DNA from: Verrucomicrobiota bacterium
GTDB lineage: Bacteria > Verrucomicrobiota > Lentisphaeria > Lentisphaerales > Lentisphaeraceae
DNA length: 16,864 nucleotides
Direction of reading: 5' to 3'
Assembly (NCBI GenBank): GCA_039798785.1
Contig: JBDKFG010000085.1
Location: 1-16,864, forward strand
Shown here: in pieces, positions 9,051-15,894 of the stretch
Layout of the letters: every line of letters begins with the position of its first letter
Numbering within the stretch: position 1 is the first letter of the stretch
The notes under the pieces: generated by a model
Told to the model about the DNA's origin: nothing
The model's database searches: none
Seen by the model: only the letters and a program-made list of their open reading frames with translations
Translations under genes and position numbers: made by a program

Positions 9051-9075
9051 AAAAAGCCCGGCATGAGGCCGGGCT
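9051..9075 (-). terminator. intrinsic terminator of the tRNA-Asn pair
   Basis: Minus strand AGCCCGGC-CTCAT-GCCGGGCT followed by a T-run, 7 nt after the CCA end of the downstream tRNA. Confidence 0.88.
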
Positions 9076-9082
9076 GGAATTC

Positions 9083-9158
9083 TGGCTCCGCGAGCAGGGC
9101 TCGAACCTGCGACAGGGTGATTAACAGTCACCTGCTCTACCGACTGAGCTATCGCGGA
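9083..9158 (-). tRNA. tRNA-Asn (GTT), copy 2
   Basis: TCCGCGATAGCTCAGTCGGTAGAGCAGGTGACTGTTAATCACCCTGTCGCAGGTTCGAGCCCTGCTCGCGGAGCCA: full cloverleaf, anticodon GTT, encoded CCA. Confidence 0.97.
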
Positions 9159-9183
9159 ACACAAAAATGTGGGAAGACGGGTC

Positions 9184-9259
9184 TGGCTCCGCGAGCAGGG
9201 CTCGAACCTGCGACAGGGTGATTAACAGTCACCTGCTCTACCGACTGAGCTATCGCGGA
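9184..9259 (-). tRNA. tRNA-Asn (GTT), copy 1
   Basis: Identical 76-nt sequence to 9083-9158, separated by a 25-nt spacer. Confidence 0.97.
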
Positions 9260-9298
9260 GTCTCAGCTTCCACCCGTTGCCGGGCTGAAGCGGAACGT

Positions 9299-9326
9299 AA
9301 GATGCCGCTCCTCGCCTGCCTGTCAA
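9299..9326 (-). promoter_or_regulatory. putative sigma70 promoter of the tRNA-Asn operon
   Basis: Minus strand TTGACA (9326-9321), 16-nt spacer, CATCTT (9304-9299), about 40 nt upstream of the first tRNA. Confidence 0.55.
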
Positions 9327-9478
9327 GGCGATGCCGCAAAGAAAAACGGGAGCGACTGTCATAAGCGCGCCGACGAAAGTGTCGTCAAGCTTGCCGCAAT
9401 CTTGGAATCGGGGTTAAATTGGGTCGCCGCACCAGCGTGCAGCTCCAGCACTCCGTATCCCGAGGTCACTTTTCGCCC

Positions 9479-9751
9479 ATGAAATCGGTCAAGATCCAGG
9501 TCGTCAACCGCCACGGCATCCACTGCCGGCCATCCAGCGTCATTGTCAAGGAGATGATGCCCTTCAAATCGCAGCTTCTGGTCCAGAGCGCCGCGGGCAA
9601 GGCCGATCCGCGGCGTATCCTCGACTTGATCACTCTCGGCTTGAAATGCGGCGACACCGCCACGCTCAGCGCTACCGGCGAGGATGAGGCGGCGGCGATC
9701 ACCCGCCTGGAGTGCCTCTTCAAAACCGAATTCGACTTTCCCAAGACATGA
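9479..9751 (+). CDS. ptsH: HPr-family phosphocarrier protein (His15 present, Ser46 replaced by Arg)
   Basis: 90 aa. NRHGIHCRPS matches the HPr His15 motif (GxHxRP). DPRRILDLITLGLKCGD aligns with the NAKSIMG..SLG..G region. C-terminal ATGEDEAAAI. GAGG RBS. Confidence 0.88.
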   Translation: MKSVKIQVVNRHGIHCRPSSVIVKEMMPFKSQLLVQSAAGKADPRRILDLITLGLKCGDTATLSATGEDEAAAITRLECLFKTEFDFPKT

Positions 9752-9906
9752 GCACCGGCGGCGAAGATCCGGCCCTGCCGAAGGTGAAGATCTGCATCTG
9801 TGTCGTCCTGCTGTCCCTTGTCGTTTTCCTTTTCTGGTCAGCCCTGGCCGACGGTGGCTGGCAAATGATCCGCGAACGCCTTTCCTCGCAACCCCCAAAA
9901 CACTGA
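9748..9906 (+). CDS. small single-pass membrane protein (52 aa)
   Basis: ATGA overlap with the HPr stop. Hydrophobic stretch ICICVVLLSLVVFLFWSALA. Ends 9 nt before the next ATG. Confidence 0.6.
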   Translation: MSTGGEDPALPKVKICICVVLLSLVVFLFWSALADGGWQMIRERLSSQPPKH

Positions 9907-9915
9907 GGTCCCCAC

Positions 9916-10797
9916 ATGCTCCCGATCATCTCGTCCGCCTTCCTCCTTGTCTCCGGCGTCATCTATCCCGAAAATCCCGGCAACGAAGACATCATCGAAG
10001 AGGAGAGCGAGCTCGCCTCCGACTTCTCCAACCTGGCCGTGGGCGGCAGCAGCCCGGTGTCGGTCAGCACGCAACGCAGCCAGAGCCGCGCCCTCAACAT
10101 CGCCGGATCCTGGGGCGAGCAGGGCCAGAGTGCCGGTGAATGGTTCAAGGACCCTGAGCTCAGTCTGAGCGGCAATTACACCAGCTTCGACGACCATCGC
10201 CTCGGATCCGGCCACACCCGCAACCACCGCCTCGGCGCCAGCTTCACCACCGCCGACGGCGGCTTGTGGGGCTTCGGCATGGCCGAGTCGAACTACCGCG
10301 CCGGCTTCCCCAGCGCCTCCGAGGCCAACACGCTCGGCGGCGACCTCTGGTTCCACCAGGAGCTCACCGAGCACTTCGGTCTCGGCGCCTTCGTCATGGG
10401 CGACGCCGTGGACATCGAGAAGAAGAATGGCAACAGCTACTCTCTCGGCGGCGGACTCCTCGCTTCGAGCTATCACGACCTGGGTGCCGGTTTCGATTTC
10501 AGCACTGTCCACACTCTCAGTTATGTCGACTTCGATACTGACGACGACCTCACCTGGAGCTCGCTCGGCCGTCTTGCCTACGCCATCGACGAAAACTGGT
10601 CCTGCAGCGCCTGGGCCAGCTACAACGACTCTCTTTATTCGCACGGCTCCAACGACCACAGCTACGTCAAGCTCGGCGCCGACCTGACCTGGCAGGCGAC
10701 CGAGTCGATCTCCTTCAATCTCGGCTACGAGACGACTCAGCTGCTCGAGGCCTACACCGACAACAGCCTGCTCTTCGAAGTGATCTACCGCTTCTGA
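9916..10797 (+). CDS. outer-membrane beta-barrel protein (autotransporter-beta-like, no passenger)
   Basis: GAGG RBS, hydrophobic N-terminus, alternating amphipathic strands rich in Y/F/W/G, and C-terminal ...LLFEVIYRF resembling a BAM signal. Confidence 0.72.
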   Translation: MLPIISSAFLLVSGVIYPENPGNEDIIEEESELASDFSNLAVGGSSPVSVSTQRSQSRALNIAGSWGEQGQSAGEWFKDPELSLSGNYTSFDDHRLGSGHTRNHRLGASFTTADGGLWGFGMAESNYRAGFPSASEANTLGGDLWFHQELTEHFGLGAFVMGDAVDIEKKNGNSYSLGGGLLASSYHDLGAGFDFSTVHTLSYVDFDTDDDLTWSSLGRLAYAIDENWSCSAWASYNDSLYSHGSNDHSYVKLGADLTWQATESISFNLGYETTQLLEAYTDNSLLFEVIYRF

Positions 10798-10855
10798 GTC
10801 AGCCCCGGGCCCGGCCCGGCCCGGCCTTTTCCCGCAATCCCCAAGGAATCCCGCC

Positions 10856-11977
10856 ATGTCTCTCCGTCTCCTCCTGGCCTGCCTCAGCTTCGCCCTCGGC
10901 GCCGCCGCCGCCACGCCCGACAAGGTCGATTTCGAGCCGGTCTACCCCAAGCTCAAGTTCACCCGTCCGGTCGACTGGGTCCAGGACCGTGCCGAGCCGC
11001 AGTTCGCCTACGTGGTCGAGCAGGAAGGGAAGATCTGGCGGGTCGACAAGTCCGGCGGCGACCGCAAGGAACTGCTGATCGACATCTCCGGCCGTCTCGG
11101 CCACGCCAACGAGGAAGGGCTCCTCGGCCTCTGTCTGCATCCTGATTTTAGCAGGAACCGTCGCGCCTTCACCTACGAGACCGCCGCCAGCCCCCGCCGC
11201 AGCCGTATTTGCGAATGGGAGCTCAAGGACGGCAAGATGGCTGGAGAAAAGCTGGTCCTTGAGTTCCCCCAGCCCTTTGCCAACCACAATGGCGGTCAGG
11301 TCTGTTTCGGGCCCGACGGCTTCCTCTATGTCGGCAGCGGTGACGGCGGCGCCGGAGGCGACCCCCATCAGAACGGCCAGAACACCCGCACCCTGCTCGG
11401 CAAGATCCTTCGCCTCGACGTCGACAAGCCTGCCGCCGGCAAGGCCTACGGCATCCCCTCCGACAATCCCTTCGCCTCCGGCGCCGAAGGAGCCCCCGAG
11501 ATCTTCGCCTGGGGCCTGCGCAACCCCTGGCGCTTCTCCTTCGATCGCGACACCCGCCAGCTCTGGGTCGGCGATGTCGGCCAGAACCGCCAGGAAGAGA
11601 TCGTCATCGTCCGCAAAGGCGACAACTGCGGCTGGAACCGCCGCGAAGGCGAGCTCTCCTTCCCCGAGGGCAAAGCCGACGGCAACCAGGACTTCCGCAA
11701 CCCCATCTTCGTCTACGGCCGCAAGGAAGGCGTCAGCGTCACCGGCGGCTTCGTCTATCGCGGCAAGTCTCATCCCGCCTTGCAAGGCTGCTACGTCTGC
11801 GCCGATTTTGCCATGCCCAACCTCTGGCTGCTGCGGGAGAAGGACGACAAGCTCGCCGAGTCTAAAAGGATCAAGACCGAGAGCTTGAACATCGCCAGCT
11901 TCGCCGAGGATCTCGACGGCGAGATCTACATCCTCTCCTACTCCCGCAACAACGTCTTCAGGCTGAAAGCTCGGTGA
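10856..11977 (+). CDS. PQQ-dependent sugar dehydrogenase (glucose/sorbosone dehydrogenase, GSDH family), exported
   Basis: Signal peptide. Motifs EEGLLGL, NHNGGQVCFGPDGFLYVGSGDGG, GLRNPWRFSFD, GDVGQNRQEEI, SVTGGFVYRG, SFAED.DGEIY. Confidence 0.9.
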   Translation: MSLRLLLACLSFALGAAAATPDKVDFEPVYPKLKFTRPVDWVQDRAEPQFAYVVEQEGKIWRVDKSGGDRKELLIDISGRLGHANEEGLLGLCLHPDFSRNRRAFTYETAASPRRSRICEWELKDGKMAGEKLVLEFPQPFANHNGGQVCFGPDGFLYVGSGDGGAGGDPHQNGQNTRTLLGKILRLDVDKPAAGKAYGIPSDNPFASGAEGAPEIFAWGLRNPWRFSFDRDTRQLWVGDVGQNRQEEIVIVRKGDNCGWNRREGELSFPEGKADGNQDFRNPIFVYGRKEGVSVTGGFVYRGKSHPALQGCYVCADFAMPNLWLLREKDDKLAESKRIKTESLNIASFAEDLDGEIYILSYSRNNVFRLKAR

Positions 11978-12064
11978 AGCCGCTTTAGCCGCCTTCTTCG
12001 CCCCTAGCCACCGGCCGCAGCGGCGTTATCTTCAAGGCCGCAAGAAACCCAGGAGAAGCCCCCC

Positions 12065-12529
12065 ATGTCCCGCAAACTCGTCGGCCAGCTCAATGCCAAA
12101 GGCATGCGCATCGCCATCGTCGTCAGCCGTTTCAACGACTTCGTCACCAGCCGCCTGGTGGAAGGGGCCTATGACTGCATCGCCCGCCATGGCGGCGACC
12201 GCGCCGACGCGGTGGAAGTCGTCTGCCCCGGCGCCTTCGAGATCCCCCTCGTCGCCGACCGTCTCGCCGCCAGCGGCCAGTTCGATGCGGTCATCTGCCT
12301 CGGCGCCGTCATCCGCGGCGACACGCCGCACTTCGACCAAGTGGTTTCCGCCGTCACCTCCGGCATCGCCAGTGTCGCCCTCAACCGCAACCTCCCCTGC
12401 GTCTACGGCATCCTCACCACCGACACGGTCGAGCAGGCTCTCGACCGCGCCGGCATCAAGGCCGGCAACAAAGGCTGGGACGCCGCCCTCACCGCCATCG
12501 ACATGGTGTCTCTGCTGCGTCAGGTCTGA
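12065..12529 (+). CDS. ribH: 6,7-dimethyl-8-ribityllumazine synthase
   Basis: Motifs IAIVVSRFNDFVT, PGAFEIP, DAVICLGAVIRGDTPHFD, GILTTDTVEQALDRAGIKAGNKG. AGGAG RBS. Confidence 0.97.
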   Translation: MSRKLVGQLNAKGMRIAIVVSRFNDFVTSRLVEGAYDCIARHGGDRADAVEVVCPGAFEIPLVADRLAASGQFDAVICLGAVIRGDTPHFDQVVSAVTSGIASVALNRNLPCVYGILTTDTVEQALDRAGIKAGNKGWDAALTAIDMVSLLRQV

Positions 12530-12552
12530 AGAAAAGCGGTCCGAGTGGTCCG

Positions 12553-12575
12553 GCCCGGCCTCGCCGGGCTTTTTT
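12553..12575 (+). terminator. intrinsic terminator after ribH
   Basis: GCCCGGC-CTC-GCCGGGC followed by TTTTTT. Confidence 0.85.
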
Positions 12576-12641
12576 GCACCTCGAGCTTGCCTTGCCCCCC
12601 CTCCCGGTACTAGAGTGGCGCCAGGAGTCTCATTGATTGAA

Positions 12642-12842
12642 CCTAAAAACCGCAGTAGAGCAGCGGAACCGGGTTGAAAGGTTGAAAGATTGAAACGCAA
12701 ACAATTGAACAAGAATAACAAGCAATGAATTTGTGCTACCAGAAAGACTTGAGGGTCCTGAACTTTGCCAAGAGTCCTTCGGATATCATAACCTATTGCT
12801 GTTGTAGCTAAACCTTACAACCTTTCAACTGCGGTTTTTAGG
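12642..12842. mobile_element. putative MITE-like non-autonomous element (201 bp) with terminal inverted repeats
   Basis: CCTAAAAACCGCAGT (12642-12656) and ACTGCGGTTTTTAGG (12828-12842) are perfect inverted repeats. TTGAA flanks both sides (12637-12641, 12843-12847). The interior is AT-rich in a GC-rich context and encodes no transposase. Confidence 0.6.
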
Positions 12843-12895
12843 TTGAATAGCCGGGAGGCCCTCATGCCATTGCTGCGTCAGCCGGGAGGCTTGTC

Positions 12896-14455
12896 ATGAA
12901 GCTTGGTGACGCCTCGCGTCTGGAGTACATGCGCCCCGGAGAGATCCCCGACCGGATGCCGGTCTTCGCGGTGAAGGAGATCCGCCAGGCCTTGCGAAGC
13001 CGGATCTTCACCTGGAGCTTCTGCATCTTCCATCTCCTGATGCCGGTGCTGCTGATCCTCGGCGCCGTCTGGGGGCGCCGCCAGGAGTCCTGGATGATGT
13101 TGGCCTTTGCCGCCGCCCTGACGGTCCAGGTTGCCACTCTCACCCGCGCCGGCAGCCTCTGCCAGGAGCTGCATGGCAAGCATTACGAACTGCTCTGCCT
13201 AAGTCCCCTGCGCAGCGGCCGGATGATCTTCCAGAAATGGCTGTCGAGCCTGATGTTCGCGCCGCTCTTCCTGGCTTCGGCCATCCCTTATGTCCTGATG
13301 TTCCATTTCCTGACTCGCTGCGACCCCTGGCCGATGCTGCTGGTCCTCGTCGGCAGCTTCTTCTATGCCGCAGCCTCCTCGGCGCTGGTGATCCTGTGCA
13401 GCACGCTTTTTGGCACTATCCGCGACCTGCATCTGCTCAGGATGGTCTGCAGCCACGGAGCCAGCGCCCTGTCGTTATGGCTGCTCATTGTTATCGGCCT
13501 CGAAGCTCGGCGGGATCATCTCGACCGTGAGCTGCTGATCCTTCTTGGCTTCCTGCCGGTTTTCTCCTGGCTCTTCCTCGCCTTGGCGGCCTGTCACCTC
13601 CCCTTGCCGGGGCAGGTCCATGCCGGCAAGCGCCGCGCCGCGCTCCTGGCGGCGATGCTCTTCTGCGCCGGACTGGCCGCTCCGGTCTCGTATCCGGCTC
13701 TGATCATCTACCCGGTCGGACTCGCCTGGATCCTGGTCTTCCTTCATGATTTCTTCGTTCATGAATCGGATCCGAGGAAGCCGCCCGTGGCCGCCCGCTC
13801 CTGGTTGGACTTGCTCTTCAGCCCCGGACGTCTGCCGGCCTTCTGCTTCCATCTCTCGCTGCTTCTCCAGATCGCCGTCGTCGTCTACGGCATCGCCGCC
13901 GTCGCGCCACCGCAGAGCGCTCCGCGAAGCGTCGGGATGCCGGCCTTTATTCCTCCCCTGCCGCAGCTGGCGGCCATCGTCGCGGCCTCCTTCCTGGCGC
14001 ATCCATTCCTCGCCCTGCTGCACCTGGCGGCCCGCGAGCGCCGCGAATGGCGCCTGGCCCAGCTGCTGCTCCTGCCCGGGCTCTGCCTGGTGTTCTTCGG
14101 CAGCGTCGGCGCCCGTCCGGCAGACGTCAACTGGCCTGAATTCGGGCACCTTGAAAATCTTGTCGCCTTCTCGCAGCAAATGGCGCTCGCCCTGCCGATG
14201 ACGTATTTTCCCTTGCTGATGCTGCGCTTCCCCGTGCCGGCGGCGCGCCGCCTGATCTATTTCATTGCCGCCCTGGGATTGCAGATCGCCTTCTTCGCCG
14301 CGGCCAATCATGACGAACGACGCTTTTTCGTCGACATCGGCGAGACCGCCCTGCCCTGGCTTTGCCTCTTCTCCTCCTTGACCCTCCCGGTGCTGTGGAT
14401 GTGCTACCAAGACGACTGCATGCCACGTCCGGCAAACACTAGAAGCGAGTCATGA
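12896..14455 (+). CDS. polytopic membrane protein, ABC-2-type permease-like
   Basis: GGAGG RBS. VKEIRQALRSR and EL...YELLCLSPL...MIFQKW resemble ABC-2-like permease motifs. More than 10 hydrophobic segments. Confidence 0.75.
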   Translation: MKLGDASRLEYMRPGEIPDRMPVFAVKEIRQALRSRIFTWSFCIFHLLMPVLLILGAVWGRRQESWMMLAFAAALTVQVATLTRAGSLCQELHGKHYELLCLSPLRSGRMIFQKWLSSLMFAPLFLASAIPYVLMFHFLTRCDPWPMLLVLVGSFFYAAASSALVILCSTLFGTIRDLHLLRMVCSHGASALSLWLLIVIGLEARRDHLDRELLILLGFLPVFSWLFLALAACHLPLPGQVHAGKRRAALLAAMLFCAGLAAPVSYPALIIYPVGLAWILVFLHDFFVHESDPRKPPVAARSWLDLLFSPGRLPAFCFHLSLLLQIAVVVYGIAAVAPPQSAPRSVGMPAFIPPLPQLAAIVAASFLAHPFLALLHLAARERREWRLAQLLLLPGLCLVFFGSVGARPADVNWPEFGHLENLVAFSQQMALALPMTYFPLLMLRFPVPAARRLIYFIAALGLQIAFFAAANHDERRFFVDIGETALPWLCLFSSLTLPVLWMCYQDDCMPRPANTRSES

Positions 14456-14506
14456 GATTTGCTTCTTCCGTGAACCCGGGAAGATTGCCGGAAAAAACTC
14501 CAGGAA

Positions 14507-15826
14507 GTGAATTTGAATCCGAAGAACAACGGCCTCGATGCCGCCTTCCTCTGTCCCCATTGCAAGGGCCTGAACCAGGCGCCGGAAACGGAACGCAACA
14601 CCTTGATGAGCTGCGGCCATTGCGACCAGCCGGTGGCGGTGCCCGGCGCCTTCACCGCGCCGGGTTCGGTCCTCGATGAATACGTCGTCAAGGAAAGGCT
14701 TGGCAGCGACGGGTTCTGCGACCTCTTCCGTGCGTATCACCCGGCGCTCGACCGCTTCGTCGTCCTGAAAGTCATGCTCCGCTGCCGCGAGAGGACCGAG
14801 TGCGAGCGCTTCGTCCAGGCGGCCCGCATCGCCTCGCGGCTCAGCCATCCCGGCATCGCCGGGGTCCAGGCGGTCGGCATCGCCGGTGACTGCCCCTGGG
14901 CGGCGATGGAATTCGTCGACGGCAAGACTCTGAAGAGCTTCCTCGATCGGGACGGCAGTTTCGCCGAGGCGGACGTCCGCTTCATCGGCGTCCACCTTGC
15001 CAAAGCCCTGGCGCAGGGGGCGGCGGCCGGCCTCCTCCATGGTGCCCTGATGCCCTCCCGGGTGGCGATCTCGCACGCCGGCGACGTCAAGCTTTTCGAT
15101 CTCGGAATGAGCCGCGAGGACGGCGCCACCCCCGCCCCCGGGACGCCTCTCGGGGAAGAGGATTTCTACGCTCCGCCGGAACGGCTCCGCGGTTCTGCCG
15201 CGACGGCGGCGGGCGACATCTACTCGCTCGGGGCCATCCTCTATCACTGCCTCAGCGGCCGCCGCCTCTTCGAGGAGGAGCGCGAACGACGCGGGCTGGA
15301 AGGTGCGCGGTTGCACAAGGCGCCGGCGTTCGCCGCCGAAGACCAGGTGTCGCCGGAATTCGAAGCCTTGATCCTGGAGATGCTCGACAAGAATCCGGCT
15401 GCACGGCCGGATGCGGCGACGGTGACGGCCGCCCTGCGGCAGCTGCCCCCGCCCAAGGCGTCGAAAAGGCCCTTGACGCTGAGCGGCCTGGAGCCGGTCG
15501 ATCTTCCCGAGCCGGTGCCGCGCAGTTCTCAGAGCCTGAAAGTGAAGATCTCGACCGCCGCCTCGCTTTCGAGCGCCAGCGGCCGCAATCCCGCGGTCAA
15601 GACGGCGAAGAAGCGCCCCTCCGCCGCACCCGCACTCGGCCCGAAGGTGCCGGTGGCCAGGCGGCAGCTCAAGCGCAAGCGTCACAGCAGCAGCGGCCGT
15701 CGCAAAGGACGCAGCTCCGCCCGTCCGGCCCCGCCCGCCGCCAGTGGCAATGGCCTTCTCATCGCCTCGATGGCCGGTCTCATCATCATCCTTCTCGTCG
15801 TCGTCCTGGCAATGGCGGTGAAATGA
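14507..15826 (+). CDS. Ser/Thr kinase-like protein, probable pseudokinase, with N-terminal Zn ribbon and C-terminal TM anchor
   Basis: CPHC...CGHC, then VVLK, HPGI, AMEFVDG, KLFDLG, YAPPE, GDIYSLGAILY, P..RP. The catalytic loop reads HGALMPSR instead of HRDxKPxN. C-terminal TM LLIASMAGLIIILLVVVLAMAV. The GTG start is approximate. Confidence 0.85.
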   Translation: MNLNPKNNGLDAAFLCPHCKGLNQAPETERNTLMSCGHCDQPVAVPGAFTAPGSVLDEYVVKERLGSDGFCDLFRAYHPALDRFVVLKVMLRCRERTECERFVQAARIASRLSHPGIAGVQAVGIAGDCPWAAMEFVDGKTLKSFLDRDGSFAEADVRFIGVHLAKALAQGAAAGLLHGALMPSRVAISHAGDVKLFDLGMSREDGATPAPGTPLGEEDFYAPPERLRGSAATAAGDIYSLGAILYHCLSGRRLFEEERERRGLEGARLHKAPAFAAEDQVSPEFEALILEMLDKNPAARPDAATVTAALRQLPPPKASKRPLTLSGLEPVDLPEPVPRSSQSLKVKISTAASLSSASGRNPAVKTAKKRPSAAPALGPKVPVARRQLKRKRHSSSGRRKGRSSARPAPPAASGNGLLIASMAGLIIILLVVVLAMAVK

Positions 15827-15894
15827 CCTCACCGGGACCCCCCCCCCTTTCGTAACCCTTGGGATGCAAGAAAAAGAAACTCCGGAGCCGCCTG

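Noticed and set aside
9083..9259. Direct repeat with spacer as a possible CRISPR array or prophage att site
   Set aside because: Both units are complete 76-nt tRNAs, and there are no cas or integrase genes nearby.
10801..10830. CCCGG repeats followed by TTTT as a terminator
   Set aside because: Pairing is ambiguous, the stem is not cleanly adjacent to the short T-run, and it lies between co-oriented genes. Too weak to call.
12032..12721. ORFs 12032-12721 (-) and 12093-12677 (+) extending into the element
   Set aside because: They overlap ribH and cross its terminator, and are not transposase-like.
12725..12811. 28-codon ORF inside the MITE-like element (MNLCYQKDLRVLNFAKSPSDIITYCCCS)
   Set aside because: No RBS, no recognisable motif, and a length expected by chance. 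Worth revisiting only if conserved among copies.
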